From Pseudomonadota bacterium (lineage in GTDB: Bacteria; Pseudomonadota; Gammaproteobacteria; Thiohalospirales; Thiohalospiraceae), in the NCBI GenBank assembly GCA_051745535.1, contig JBNJED010000001.1, positions 1 through 56,475 of the forward strand: a stretch of 56,475 bases of DNA, read 5' to 3'. Made by a program: the position numbers and the translations under genes. Positions 36,308 through 49,063 of the stretch are shown one piece after another (position 1 is the first letter of the stretch; every line of letters begins with the position of its first letter). The notes below the pieces were generated by a model. That model was not told where the DNA came from. It saw only the letters and a list, made by a program, of their open reading frames with translations, and ran no database searches.

Positions 36308-37676
36308 AGCTCACCCGGGGGTCGACCACAGCGTACAGGATATCGGCCAGCAGGTAGCCGGCCAGGGTCAGCAGGCCGCTGATGAGGGTGATGGAGAGGA
36401 CCAGCTCCCGGTCCCGGCCGGTGACCGCCTCCACCGCCAGCTTGCCCATGCCCTCGATGGAGAAGATGCTCTCGACGATGACCGAGCCGGAGAGCAGCGC
36501 CGGCAGCAGCGTGGCCGCCACGGTCACCAGTGGCAGCAGGCTGTTGCGGAAAACGTGGCGCCACAGGACCTCGCGCTCGGCCAGCCCCTTGGCCCGGGCG
36601 GTTCGGGCGTAGTCGCTGTGGAGATTCTCCAGGACCGAAGAGCGGGTGAGCTTGGCCAGGAAGGCGATACCGCCGTAGCTTAGGGTGAGTACCGGCAGGA
36701 CCAGGTGCCAGGCGCGGTCCAGGAGGTAGCCACGGACGAATTCGGCCTCCAGCAGCGGGGCCACCGCCAGCAGGCCCACCAGCAGGCCCGCTGCCCCCAG
36801 CACGGTCCCGCGCAGAACCGGCACCGCCGAGGCCGCTCCGCCGATCAGCAGGGCGGCGGTGAACAGGGCCAGGGCCGCCGACACCCCCCAGCCGGCCCCG
36901 GGCAGCGCCGCCCCCCAGAGCCCGCCCAGCACCAGGCCCGCGGCGGCCGCCACCCCCATCCGCCAGCGCCGCCCCGCACGGGCCAGTCCCAGGCCCGCGG
37001 CCACGCCCAGACCGGCGCCGGCCAGCACCTTGAGGGCATCCAGCGCGGTGCCCCAGTGGGGCAGGAAGGTCATGCCCGCCCCCTCCCGGGAGAGGGTGCC
37101 GGCGGTGGGGAACCACTGCCAGTACTGGTCGCTGGCGAAGAAGCCGATGAGCAGGACGCCGGCGAGCATGGTGGGGACCGACCACAGCGCCAGCAGCGCC
37201 AGCCCGGAGCCGGTATCGAAGGCGCCCCCCCGCTCCCGCGCCGCCTGCAGTCCGATGGTCACCGCCACCAGGTAGACCAGCGGGATGGACAGCGCATTGA
37301 GAAGCAGGGTGATGGGTAGCCGTTCGCCGATGAGATCGACCACCGGCCGGCCGTAGCGGAAGCTGTCCCCCAGGTCCATCCCCTTGGTCCAGGAGAAGGC
37401 GCCGAGGCCGCCGTCGGCGGTAATGGTGAAGCCCACCGGCGAGATGCTGTTGAGCCAGCGCAGGTACTGGACCGGGGCCGGGTCATCCAGGCCGTAGCGC
37501 CGATTGTAGTAGGCCTCCAGTGCCTTGCGGGCCTCGGGATCGAGGTTCTGGCCGGCGGTGAGGGTCTCCGGCGAGATGCCGCCGGGGGCGGCGACCATGA
37601 TGCCGAAGACCACCACCGTGATGCCGAAGAGCGTCGGTACCATGAGCAGCAGCCGGCGCAGGATGTAGGCGTGCAT
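36300..37676 (-). CDS. Peptide ABC transporter permease (OppB/YejB-like) with a hydrophobic insertion
   Basis: [28 protein letters not shown] and [14 protein letters not shown] start. Confidence 0.9.
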   Translation of the reverse strand: MHAYILRRLLLMVPTLFGITVVVFGIMVAAPGGISPETLTAGQNLDPEARKALEAYYNRRYGLDDPAPVQYLRWLNSISPVGFTITADGGLGAFSWTKGMDLGDSFRYGRPVVDLIGERLPITLLLNALSIPLVYLVAVTIGLQAARERGGAFDTGSGLALLALWSVPTMLAGVLLIGFFASDQYWQWFPTAGTLSREGAGMTFLPHWGTALDALKVLAGAGLGVAAGLGLARAGRRWRMGVAAAAGLVLGGLWGAALPGAGWGVSAALALFTAALLIGGAASAVPVLRGTVLGAAGLLVGLLAVAPLLEAEFVRGYLLDRAWHLVLPVLTLSYGGIAFLAKLTRSSVLENLHSDYARTARAKGLAEREVLWRHVFRNSLLPLVTVAATLLPALLSGSVIVESIFSIEGMGKLAVEAVTGRDRELVLSITLISGLLTLAGYLLADILYAVVDPRVSYD

Positions 37677-37685
37677 CCCGCCCCC

Positions 37686-39509
37686 TCAGTAGCGCTGCTC
37701 GGCCGCTGGCACGTACCACTCCACCGGCACCGCATCCACGTTGAGGCCCAGCCGGGTCTGCTCCACGTTGCGGAAGCGGTCATCCATGAGCAGCAGCGTC
37801 TCCCGGCGGAAGAGGAAGGTGTAGGGCTGGTCCTCGAAGAGGTGGCGCTGGGCCCGGTGCCAGAGATCCATACGCGGCTCCTCCTCCACGGTAGCCCGCG
37901 CCTGGTCGATGACCTCGTCCATCTCCGGATTGCTATAGCCGACGTAGTTGTCCCCCTCGCCGATCTGGGAGGAGTGGAACATCTGGTAGATATCGATCTC
38001 GATGTCGCTGGTCCAGCCCAGGGTGATGGCGTCGAAATCCCCCTGATCGACATCCTCCAGCATCACCGACCACTCCGTGGGCTTCGGCTCCATCTCGATC
38101 CCGGCCCGGGCCCACGCGTCGCGCAGATACTCCACCACCCGCTGGGTGTCGGTGCTCTCCTGAACGTAGGTGAGCGCGAAGGAGAAGTCGTTGCCCTGCT
38201 CGTCCTCCAGCACACCGTCGCCATCCCGATCCTCCCAGCCCGCCTCGGCCAGCAGTTCCCGGGCCCGCTCCGGGTCATGTCCACGCGGCTCGATCCCGTC
38301 GTCATGCTGGGGGCTGCGCGGATTGAAGGGGCTCACCGCCACCTCGGCGTGGCCGGCAAGGACCTCCTCGATGAGCGCCTGGCGGTCGGTGAGGAAGGTC
38401 ATGGCCCGACGTACCCGCGGGTCCTGGAAGGGCGTATCGACCCCCTCGCGCTGGTTCCAGGCGATGTAGGAGTAGCCCCCCGTAGGGCTCATGTAGGCGC
38501 GACTCTCGCTTCGTTCCATCAGGGCCTCGTCGGCGGTGAGCTCCTCGAACTCCCGGGGCCGGGCCTGGTAGAGGTCGATATCGCCGTTGCGGTAGGTGGT
38601 CAGCCGGGCGGAGTCGTTCTCGATGACCTCCCAGACCAGCCGACGGAAGGGGGGCTCCACGGGCCCCCAGTAGCGCGGATTGCGCTCCAGCTCCACCCGG
38701 CCGCTGTCAGGGGTCCACTCCCCCGCCTCGGGAAAGCGGTAGGGGCCGGAGCCGAAGAGCAGGCTGCGGGAGTTGTTGAAGGTCTCCGGATCCTCCCGGT
38801 AGCGGGCGTAGTAGTGCTCGGCCAGCACCGGAAGCCCCCCGGCCAGGGAGAGGGCCTTGAAGTAGGGCTCGTCAAAGCGGAAGACCACGGTGTGATCGTC
38901 CGTCGCCTCCACCGCCTCCAGTCGCCGGTAGTAGGCGCGCTGGCGCGGGGCGGCGATATCCTCGTCCATGATGAAGTCGTAGCTGAAGGCGACATCCTCG
39001 GCGGTGAGCGGCTCGCCGTCGGAGAAGCGCAGGTCGCGACGAAGCTCGAAGGTGATGGTCAGGCCGTCATCGCTGACCTCCCAGTCCCGCGCCAGCAGTC
39101 CCTCCCACTCCAGGGTCTCGGGGTCGCGGACGAGCAACGACTCCAGGACGTAGTTCTGGATCTCGCTGGCATAGGCGTCAGTGGAGACCAGCGGGCTCAG
39201 GGTCTCCAGCCCCTGAGCCAGGGCGTGGACCCGCCAGTCACCGGGGGCGAAATCGGGCTCCTGGCTGGCCTCGTGGGCACGCCGGAAGGCCGGCGGCACC
39301 GCCGACCGGTCCCCTTCCTCGGCGGTGCTGGCCGCAGGCCGGCGCGCCAGCTCCCGGCGCAGCTCGCCGATGCGATCGCGCTGTTCCTCCACGGCGGTGC
39401 GGATCTCGGCCAGCGCCTGCCACTGCCGGTCCACCTGGACCATGGCCAGCACGACGAGCAGGGCCGTCAGGGCGAAGCCGGCGATGGTAATGAAGGTAAG
39501 TCGGTTCAA
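37686..39509 (-). CDS. Peptide ABC transporter substrate-binding protein (family 5)
   Basis: GGAG + TTG 39509, N-terminal hydrophobic helix, [20 protein letters not shown] and DPRVRRAM. Confidence 0.9.
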   Translation of the reverse strand: MNRLTFITIAGFALTALLVVLAMVQVDRQWQALAEIRTAVEEQRDRIGELRRELARRPAASTAEEGDRSAVPPAFRRAHEASQEPDFAPGDWRVHALAQGLETLSPLVSTDAYASEIQNYVLESLLVRDPETLEWEGLLARDWEVSDDGLTITFELRRDLRFSDGEPLTAEDVAFSYDFIMDEDIAAPRQRAYYRRLEAVEATDDHTVVFRFDEPYFKALSLAGGLPVLAEHYYARYREDPETFNNSRSLLFGSGPYRFPEAGEWTPDSGRVELERNPRYWGPVEPPFRRLVWEVIENDSARLTTYRNGDIDLYQARPREFEELTADEALMERSESRAYMSPTGGYSYIAWNQREGVDTPFQDPRVRRAMTFLTDRQALIEEVLAGHAEVAVSPFNPRSPQHDDGIEPRGHDPERARELLAEAGWEDRDGDGVLEDEQGNDFSFALTYVQESTDTQRVVEYLRDAWARAGIEMEPKPTEWSVMLEDVDQGDFDAITLGWTSDIEIDIYQMFHSSQIGEGDNYVGYSNPEMDEVIDQARATVEEEPRMDLWHRAQRHLFEDQPYTFLFRRETLLLMDDRFRNVEQTRLGLNVDAVPVEWYVPAAEQRY

Positions 39510-39600
39510 GGGAACTCCCGGTGCCGAGCAGCCTGGTCCGAAGGCCGCCCTCACTATACGAACTCAGACCGCCGCATGCACCACCCCCGGCCTTCCCTCC

Positions 39601-39730
39601 TGCTCCGGGCGGTCGGCACAAGGCCCGGATACCAGGTACGCCGTAAAGACATCCCTGTCGGCTCGACGGCAGCATCCCTGCTGCCGACGACCCGGTATCC
39701 GGGCCGTCGCCGACCGCCGGGCCTTTTCGG
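39601..39730 (-). repeat. Structured intergenic repeat, copy B
   Basis: Its reverse complement aligns with 11537-11668 along its length. The core is identical except for one base, and the arms carry compensatory changes. Confidence 0.9.
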
Positions 39731-39836
39731 GGAATACGCGGATGCCCGGAGCGGCGTTGCTTCCGGTCACCAAAGGCCTTACCGTAGCCCCCTGATCACA
39801 CACCAATCTCACCGTCCCGTTGCGAGGAGGACACGC

Positions 39837-40625
39837 ATGGGTTTTCTCAGCGGCAAGCGCGCGCTCATCGTCGGCCTGGCCAGTAATCGTTCCATCGCCT
39901 GGGGCATCGCCCAGGCCATGCACCGCGAGGGCGCCGAGCTCGCCTTCACCTACCAGAACGAAAAGCTCCAGTCCCGGGTCGAGGACCTCGCCGGCCAGCT
40001 CGGCTCCGAGATCACCATGCCCATGGACGTCTCCTCGGACGAGGAGATCGAGGCCGCCTTCAACCAGCTGGACAACTACTGGGACGGCCTGGACATCATC
40101 GTCCACGCCGTGGCCTTCGCGCCCAAGAGCGAACTGGAGGGCAACTACCTGGACGCGGTAACCCGCGAGGGCTTCCGCACCGCCCACGAGATCAGCTCCT
40201 ACAGCTTCGCCGCCCTGGCCAAGGCAGCCCGGCCCATGATGGAGGGTCGCAACGGCAGCCTCATCACCCTGAGCTACCTGGGGGCCGAGCGCGCCATGCC
40301 CAACTACAACGTCATGGGCCTGGCCAAGGCGAGCCTGGAGGCCAACGTCCGCTACATGGCCGACTCCCTGGGCCCCGACGGGATCCGGGTCAACGCCGTC
40401 TCCGCCGGCCCCATCCGCACCCTGGCGGCCGCCGGGATCAGCGACTTCAAGCGCATGCTCGAAGAGGTGGAGGCCAACGCCCCCCTGCGGAAGAACGTCA
40501 CCATCGACGAGGTGGGCAACACCGCCGCCTTCCTGGGCTCCGATCTCGCCTCCGGCATGACCGGCCAGGTCCTCTACGTGGACAGCGGCTTCTCCATTCT
40601 CGGCATGAACGGCTACTACAGCTGA
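39837..40625 (+). CDS. fabI: Enoyl-ACP reductase
   Basis: [31 protein letters not shown] and AGPIRTLAA. Confidence 0.96.
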   Translation: MGFLSGKRALIVGLASNRSIAWGIAQAMHREGAELAFTYQNEKLQSRVEDLAGQLGSEITMPMDVSSDEEIEAAFNQLDNYWDGLDIIVHAVAFAPKSELEGNYLDAVTREGFRTAHEISSYSFAALAKAARPMMEGRNGSLITLSYLGAERAMPNYNVMGLAKASLEANVRYMADSLGPDGIRVNAVSAGPIRTLAAAGISDFKRMLEEVEANAPLRKNVTIDEVGNTAAFLGSDLASGMTGQVLYVDSGFSILGMNGYYS

Positions 40626-40626
40626 T

Positions 40627-41922
40627 TCAGGCCCCGGCGCCGGTCTCCGTCGGCGCCGTACTCCCCGAATAGGGCCGCTCGCCCTCCCATCGCGCCAGGA
40701 TCACCGCCCCGGTGGCGTCGCTGAAGACGTTCACCGCCGTACGGGTCATGTCCAGCAGCCGATCCACCGCCAGGAGCAACCCGACGCCCTCCAGGGGCAG
40801 GCCGAGGCTGGTGAGGATGAGGGTGATGGCCACCAGGCTCGCCGCCGGCACCCCGGCCACGCCGATGGAGGTCGCCAGGGCCATGACTACCACCAGCGCC
40901 TGCTCCGCCAACCCCAGATCCAGGCCATAGGCCTGGGCGATGAAGAGAACCGCCGCGCACTCGTAGAGCGCCGTGCCGTCCATGTTCACCGTCGCCCCCA
41001 GGGGCAGGACGACGCTGGAGGTCCGGTTGGAGACGCCGGCCCCCTGCTCCACGCGGTTGAGCGTCATCGGCAGCGTCCCGGAGGAGGAGGCAGTGGAGAA
41101 GGCGGTAAGCAGCGCCGGGGCGAGATTGCGCAGGTGGCGGCGGGGGTCGATGCCGGTGGTCCACCACAGGGCCAGGGGGAGCACCACCAGGCCGTGGAAG
41201 AGCAGCGCCCCCAGGACGGTGGCGAAGAAGGTGGCCAGGGAGGCGAAGGCGTCCAGCCCGGTCTCGGCCACCGTGGTGGCCACCAGGGCGAAGACCCCCA
41301 CCGGCGTCAGCCGCAGCACCCAGCCGGTGATCCGCATCATCACGGCGAAGGACTCGTCCCAGAAGGCGCGCAGGGTGGCGGCGCCCTCCCCCAGGCGGGC
41401 GATGGCCAGCCCCAGGACCAGGGCGAAGACGATGAGGCCCAGGAGCTGCCCCTCGGCCGCGGCGGCGAAGATGTTCTCGGGGATGAGCCGATCCAGGAGG
41501 CTCCACGCCTCATCCCCCTCGGCGCGCAGGGACTGGCCTACCTCGGCGGTCTCGGCATCCAGCCCCAGGGCGCCGGACACCGGTTCGCCGCCGCTGATCC
41601 CGGGCTGGACGAGGTTGACCGCCACCAGGGCCACCAGCACCGCCACCGCCCCCGAGGCGAGGTAGTAGGCGACGGTCCGCAACCCCAGCCGGCCCAGCCC
41701 CTGCCCGGCCCCGATCCCGGCGATGCCGCTGACCAGGGCGCTGACCACCAGGGGTACGACCAGGACGAAGAGGGCGTCCAGGAAGAGGCCGCCGACGGTC
41801 TCCAGGACGGCGTGGGGCGCGAGGCCGAACCAGCGGGTCTCCGGCGTCAGGGCCAGGCCCGCCGCCCCGCCGAGGACCAGGCTGCCCAGGACGAGGCGGG
41901 GGGAGACCGCCGCGGCACTCAC
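40627..41922 (-). CDS. Dicarboxylate/amino acid:cation symporter (DAACS)
   Basis: AFSTASSSGTLP, LGATVNMDGTA and DRLLDMTRTAVNV. Confidence 0.92.
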   Translation of the reverse strand: MSAAAVSPRLVLGSLVLGGAAGLALTPETRWFGLAPHAVLETVGGLFLDALFVLVVPLVVSALVSGIAGIGAGQGLGRLGLRTVAYYLASGAVAVLVALVAVNLVQPGISGGEPVSGALGLDAETAEVGQSLRAEGDEAWSLLDRLIPENIFAAAAEGQLLGLIVFALVLGLAIARLGEGAATLRAFWDESFAVMMRITGWVLRLTPVGVFALVATTVAETGLDAFASLATFFATVLGALLFHGLVVLPLALWWTTGIDPRRHLRNLAPALLTAFSTASSSGTLPMTLNRVEQGAGVSNRTSSVVLPLGATVNMDGTALYECAAVLFIAQAYGLDLGLAEQALVVVMALATSIGVAGVPAASLVAITLILTSLGLPLEGVGLLLAVDRLLDMTRTAVNVFSDATGAVILARWEGERPYSGSTAPTETGAGA

Positions 41923-41925
41923 GGC

Positions 41926-43818
41926 CTACTCCTCGTCGAGGTTGATCGTGACCTCCGCCTGCTCCCGGAGGGTGCCCACCAGGCCGGCGAACTCGGCACG
42001 GGCATTGGCCTCGGTCAGCTGGCGCCGTATCCGTTGCCGCTCCCCCTCTTCCATGGCCTCCGCGTCCCCGGCACTGACCCCGAAGACCCCGATGACAGCG
42101 CGATCACCATTCCCCAGGGTCGCGGTGCCGAAGCTGGTCCCGTCGCCCGGACGGGCCATCCGGAAGGCCTCCTGGGTAACGGCGCCGGGTAGCTCGTCCG
42201 ACCGCCGACCGACGGTGCGCGAGGCCTCCCACCCGGACAGCGCCTCCGGCGATTCCCCTTCGGCCAGGCGCTCTTGCAGTTCTTCGGCCCGCTCATCGGC
42301 CGCCTCCGCCGCGCGATCCCGCGCCAGGGTCTGCCGGATGCGATCCTCTACCGCCTCCAAGGGCCGCCGCTCGGCCGGCTCGTGCTCCCGGACCCGGACG
42401 ACCACGACGCGGTCGTCATCGAGTTCCAGGAGCTCGCTGTTGTAACGCTCCTCCAGGACCTCCGCCTCGAAGGCGGCCTCGACCACCGCCTCCTCGCTGG
42501 CCAGCCCCTCGTCGGCGCCGTCCCGGCCGAAGGGGCCGGCCTCCCGGATCTCGAGACCCAGGGAATCCGCCGCCGGCTGAAGGGTGTCGGCGTGCTCGTA
42601 GGCGAGGTTCGCCAGCTCCTCGGTGGCCTCCACGAAGCGGCGCTCGGCCCGCCCCTGACGCAGCGTCCGCGCCAGCTGATCACGGACCTCCTCGAAGGGT
42701 GGCACCTCGGCCTCCTCGACCTCCTCCAGGCGGACGAGGTGGTAGCCGAACTCCGAGCGAACTGGTCCGACCACCTCCCCCGGCTCCATACCGAAGGCGG
42801 CATCGGTGACGGCGGGGTCCAGGTCATCGCGGGTGAACCAGCCCAGGTCCCCACCCTCGCTGGCGGTGGCCCGATCCTCGGAGTGCTCGCGGGCCAGTTC
42901 GGCAAAATCCTCCCCCTCGCTCTGCTCCGCCAGAATCTTCTCGGCCTCCGCGCGGGCCTCCTCCCAGCCCTCGTCACCACTACCCTGGGCGGTAAAGAGG
43001 ATGTGGCGGGCGCGGCGCCGTTCCGGCTCGCCGAATTCGTCCTGGCGCGCCTCGTACTCCTCGCGCAGCGCCTCTTCGTCGATCTCGATATCCTCGGCGA
43101 CGTCATCCATGTCCAGCTCGACGTAGGCGATACGCACCCGCTCCGGGGTCCGGTAGCGCTCGGGGTGTTCGTCGTAGTGGGCGCGGATGTCCGCCTCGGG
43201 GACGGCGTCCGGATCGGCGAAGTCGTCCAGGGGCAGGCGCAACCAGCCCACCTCGCGCTGCTGTCGCCAGAGGGCGATGTAGTCTTCCACCTGGCGGGGG
43301 GTGACCAGGGCCGTATCCTCGACACCGGCGCGAAGCTGCTGGACCAGGAGGTCCCGGCGGACACGGTCCTCGAACTGGCCCGGCAACATGCCCTGGCTGG
43401 ACAGGGCCTGCTCGTAGCGCTCGCGGGAGAACTCGCCACTGTCCTGGAAGGAGCGTACGGCCCGGATCCGAGAGGCGAGTTCCTCGTCACCAATGGTATA
43501 TCCGGCACCATCCAGTGCCCACAGGAGCAGTTCCTCCTCCACCATTCCGTCGAGGACCTGGCGGCGGATGGTCGCCTCGTCGAAGCCGGCGGCGGCCATG
43601 TCCTCCCCGAGGACCTCCTGCAGCTGCTGCCGACGCTGATAAAAGGCGCGCTGGAACTCCTGCCGGTCGATGGACTTGCCTTCCACCTCGGCCACCGACG
43701 GGGCCCCGCCCCCTCCGGTGTATTCCTGGACGCCCCAGAGGGCGAAGGGGATGGTGATGAGTATGACGATGACCCAGGCGACCCAGCCCTGGGCCCGGCT
43801 ACGAATGGCGTCGAGCAT
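41926..43818 (-). CDS. ppiD: Periplasmic chaperone / parvulin PPIase PpiD
   Basis: N-terminal TM anchor, SurA-N-like domain, ARHIL, FAELAREHSED, GGDLGW and SEFGYH. Confidence 0.92.
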   Translation of the reverse strand: MLDAIRSRAQGWVAWVIVILITIPFALWGVQEYTGGGGAPSVAEVEGKSIDRQEFQRAFYQRRQQLQEVLGEDMAAAGFDEATIRRQVLDGMVEEELLLWALDGAGYTIGDEELASRIRAVRSFQDSGEFSRERYEQALSSQGMLPGQFEDRVRRDLLVQQLRAGVEDTALVTPRQVEDYIALWRQQREVGWLRLPLDDFADPDAVPEADIRAHYDEHPERYRTPERVRIAYVELDMDDVAEDIEIDEEALREEYEARQDEFGEPERRRARHILFTAQGSGDEGWEEARAEAEKILAEQSEGEDFAELAREHSEDRATASEGGDLGWFTRDDLDPAVTDAAFGMEPGEVVGPVRSEFGYHLVRLEEVEEAEVPPFEEVRDQLARTLRQGRAERRFVEATEELANLAYEHADTLQPAADSLGLEIREAGPFGRDGADEGLASEEAVVEAAFEAEVLEERYNSELLELDDDRVVVVRVREHEPAERRPLEAVEDRIRQTLARDRAAEAADERAEELQERLAEGESPEALSGWEASRTVGRRSDELPGAVTQEAFRMARPGDGTSFGTATLGNGDRAVIGVFGVSAGDAEAMEEGERQRIRRQLTEANARAEFAGLVGTLREQAEVTINLDEE

Positions 43819-43848
43819 GGTTGGTCCGTCCGATCGGGAATCCATGAG

Positions 43849-43879
43849 AAAGGGGCGTACCCGCAGGCACGCCCCTTTT
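43849..43879. terminator. Hairpin downstream of tRNA-Val (possibly bidirectional terminator)
   Basis: aaaggggcgt...acgcccctttt. Confidence 0.65.
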
Positions 43880-43957
43880 CGTGGTAGTCGGCGGGGGCCC
43901 TGCGGTCCCCGGACTACCGCGGGAGCGACCCGGGGGCCGCCGCCGCGTGACCTTCAA

Positions 43958-44033
43958 TGGTGGGTGCTGAGGGGCTCGAACCCCCGACATTCGCCTTGTA
44001 AGGGCGACGCTCTCCCAGCTGAGCTAAGCACCC
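43958..44033 (-). tRNA. tRNA-Val(TAC)
   Basis: 76 nt, GGGTGCTTAGCTCAGCTGGG...cTTACAa...GTTCGA...CACCCACCA. Confidence 0.97.
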
Positions 44034-44049
44034 GTCTCTGAGCGTGTAC

Positions 44050-44322
44050 TCAGTTCACCGCATCCTTGAGGGCCTTGCCGGGCTTGAAGGCAGGGACCTT
44101 GGCTGCGGCAATCTTGATCTCCTCGCCGGTACGCGGGTTACGGCCGGTACGGGCAGCGCGCTCACGCACAGAGAAGGTCCCGAAACCGACGATGCTGATC
44201 TGGTCGTTCTTCTTCAGCGCATCAGTGACGGCATCCACCGTCGCATCCAGCGCCCGACCGGCGGCAGCCTTGGAAAGATCAGCCCCTTCGGCAATGGCGT
44301 CGATGAGTTCAGACTTATTCAC
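44050..44322 (-). CDS. hupB: DNA-binding protein HU
   Basis: [23 protein letters not shown] and [14 protein letters not shown]. Lies downstream of lon. Confidence 0.96.
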   Translation of the reverse strand: MNKSELIDAIAEGADLSKAAAGRALDATVDAVTDALKKNDQISIVGFGTFSVRERAARTGRNPRTGEEIKIAAAKVPAFKPGKALKDAVN

Positions 44323-44391
44323 GCGACTTCCCCTCTTTGTTCTTGAAAACTCGCCGTCCGTAGCCCGGCGGCAGCGAAATGGGTGCCTGCG

Positions 44392-44421
44392 GTTATATCA
44401 ATGGCACGAAACGACTGTCAA
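44392..44421 (-). promoter_or_regulatory. sigma70 promoter of hupB
   Basis: TTGACA-N18-TATAAC with an extended-10 TG. Confidence 0.8.
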
Positions 44422-44564
44422 TGAAGCCCGTCACGGGCCCACTGGCCACCGCCAGACTTCCCTCCGAGGGCGATGCCCCAGTGCGAGCCCACTATGGGCC
44501 ATCCGGAGAGCGGGATCAACCCGAGACGGCGCGTGCGCGCCGTCTCCATCCCGGGAGAGGAAAA

Positions 44565-46991
<2,427 letters not shown>

Positions 46992-47049
46992 GGGATACCT
47001 CTTGCAATAGGGGGGGTCCACCGGCGGACCCCGAATACCTGACTACACT

Positions 47050-47076
47050 ATGGGGTCACTACCGGCGGCTTTCAAG
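47050..47076 (-). promoter_or_regulatory. sigma32 (RpoH) promoter of lon
   Basis: CTTGAAA-N14-CCCCAT, matching the consensus. Confidence 0.85.
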
Positions 47077-47083
47077 CGGGGGG

Positions 47084-48358
47084 TCAGTGGTCGGTGGCGG
47101 CCTGCTGCTGCTCGCCACCCTCGTAGATGAAGATGGGCTGCGTCTCCTCTTTGATGACGCCCTCGTCGATGACCACCTTGGCCACGCCCTCCATGGACGG
47201 GAGATCGTACATGGTCTCCTGGAGGTGGTGCTCCAGGATGGAGCGCAGGCCGCGGGCGCCGGTCTTACGCTCCATAGCCTTGCGCGCCACGGCCCGCAGG
47301 GCATCCTCCCGGAATTCCAGCTCCACGCCCTCCATCTCGAACAGGCGGGCGTACTGCTTGGTCAGGGCGTTCTTGGGCTCGGTGAGGATCTCGATGAGGG
47401 CGTCCTCGTCGAGTTCATCCAGCACGGCGAGCACCGGCACCCGACCGACGAACTCCGGGATAAGCCCGAACTTCACCAGGTCCTCCGGCTCGGCGGTGTG
47501 CATCAGCGCCTGCTCGGAGGCCTTGTCATCACTGGAACGGATCTCGGCACCGAAGCCGATGCCACCCTTCTCGGTACGCTCGCGGACCACCTTGTCCAGA
47601 CCGGCGAAGGCGCCGCCGACGATGAACATGATGTTCTTGGTGTCCACCTGCAGGAACTCCTGCTGGGGATGCTTGCGCCCGCCCTGGGGCGGCACCGAGG
47701 CGACGGTCCCCTCGATGAGCTTGAGCAGGGCCTGCTGCACGCCCTCCCCGGAGACGTCCCGGGTAATGGAGGGGTTGTCCGACTTGCGGGAGATCTTGTC
47801 GATCTCGTCGATGTAGACGATGCCGTTCTGCGCCTTCTCGACGTCGTAGTCGCACTTCTGCAGCAGCTTCTGAATGATGTTCTCCACGTCCTCGCCGACG
47901 TAGCCCGCCTCGGTAAGGGTGGTGGCATCGGCGATGGTGAAGGGGACGTTGAGCATCCGCGCCAGGGTCTCGGCCAGCAGGGTCTTGCCGGAGCCGGTGG
48001 GCCCGATGAGCAGGATATTGCTCTTCGCCAGCTCCACGTCATCCTTGCGCTGGCTGCTCTCCAACCGCTTGTAGTGGTTGTAGACCGCCACGGAGAGCGC
48101 CTTCTTGGCCGTGTCCTGGCCGATGACGTACTCCCCGAGGGTGCCGTGGATCTCCGACGGGGTGGGCAGCTTGTTGCGGCCGGTGCTCGACTCCTGCTCC
48201 TGGATCTCCTCGCGGATGATCTCGTTGCAGAGGTCCACGCACTCGTCGCAGATGAACACGGACGGGCCGGCGATGAGCTTGCGGACCTCGTGCTGGCTCT
48301 TGCCGCAGAAGGAACAGTAGAGCAGCTTCTCGTCGCCGCCGTGCTTTTCGTCGCTCAT
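47084..48358 (-). CDS. clpX: ATP-dependent Clp protease ATPase
   Basis: CSFCGK..CDEC zinc finger, GPTGSGKT and IGF loop. Confidence 0.98.
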   Translation of the reverse strand: MSDEKHGGDEKLLYCSFCGKSQHEVRKLIAGPSVFICDECVDLCNEIIREEIQEQESSTGRNKLPTPSEIHGTLGEYVIGQDTAKKALSVAVYNHYKRLESSQRKDDVELAKSNILLIGPTGSGKTLLAETLARMLNVPFTIADATTLTEAGYVGEDVENIIQKLLQKCDYDVEKAQNGIVYIDEIDKISRKSDNPSITRDVSGEGVQQALLKLIEGTVASVPPQGGRKHPQQEFLQVDTKNIMFIVGGAFAGLDKVVRERTEKGGIGFGAEIRSSDDKASEQALMHTAEPEDLVKFGLIPEFVGRVPVLAVLDELDEDALIEILTEPKNALTKQYARLFEMEGVELEFREDALRAVARKAMERKTGARGLRSILEHHLQETMYDLPSMEGVAKVVIDEGVIKEETQPIFIYEGGEQQQAATDH

Positions 48359-48418
48359 TGAACCACCTCGCTGTGCCTGGGTTCGAGGGTGCCGCGCACC
48401 GGAACTTCGCGGCGGATG

Positions 48419-49063
48419 TCAGGCACCCGCATCCGCCCCGCGATGGGTCATGACCTCGTCGATCAGGCCGTACTCCACCGATTCCTCGGCGCTCATGAAG
48501 AAGTCGCGGTCGGTATCCCGACTGACCTTCTCCTCGTCCTGACCGGTGTGGTGGGTCATGATCTTGTTGAGCCGCTCGCGGACCTTGAGGATCTCGTTGG
48601 CGTGGATCTCGATGTCCGACGCCTGGCCCTGGAAGCCGCCCAGGGGCTGGTGGATCATCATCCGCGAGTGCGGCAGGGCGAACCGCTTGCCCGCCGCGCC
48701 GGCGGTGAGCAGCAGTGCCCCCATGCTCGCCGCCTGGCCCACGCACATGGTTGCCACGTCCGGCTTGATGAACTGCATGGTGTCGTAGATGGACAGCCCG
48801 GCGGTCACGGAGCCGCCGGGGCTGTTGATGTAGAGGTGGATATCCTTGTCGGGATTCTCGGACTCCAGGTAGAGGAGCTGGGCCACGATGAGGTTGGCCA
48901 TGTGGTCCTCCACCGGCCCCGTCAGGAAGATGACCCGTTCCCGGAGCAGGCGCGAGAAGATGTCGTAGGCACGCTCCCCGCGGGCGCTCTGCTCCACGAC
49001 CATGGGGACGAGGCCGGAGTTCTGGATCTCCGGCGCCATGCCCTGTCCTTCGCCTTCGCTCAT
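48419..49063 (-). CDS. clpP: Clp protease proteolytic subunit
   Basis: [21 protein letters not shown] and MIHQP. Start ATG 49063 (alternative 49039). Confidence 0.97.
   Translation of the reverse strand: MSEGEGQGMAPEIQNSGLVPMVVEQSARGERAYDIFSRLLRERVIFLTGPVEDHMANLIVAQLLYLESENPDKDIHLYINSPGGSVTAGLSIYDTMQFIKPDVATMCVGQAASMGALLLTAGAAGKRFALPHSRMMIHQPLGGFQGQASDIEIHANEILKVRERLNKIMTHHTGQDEEKVSRDTDRDFFMSAEESVEYGLIDEVMTHRGADAGA

Noticed and set aside
43882-43951. GC-rich hairpins after tRNA-Val ending in ACCA on the minus strand (possible second tRNA such as Asp)
   Set aside because: No TpsiC GTTC loop, D-loop or cloverleaf. The short matches to tRNA-Asp are out of order.
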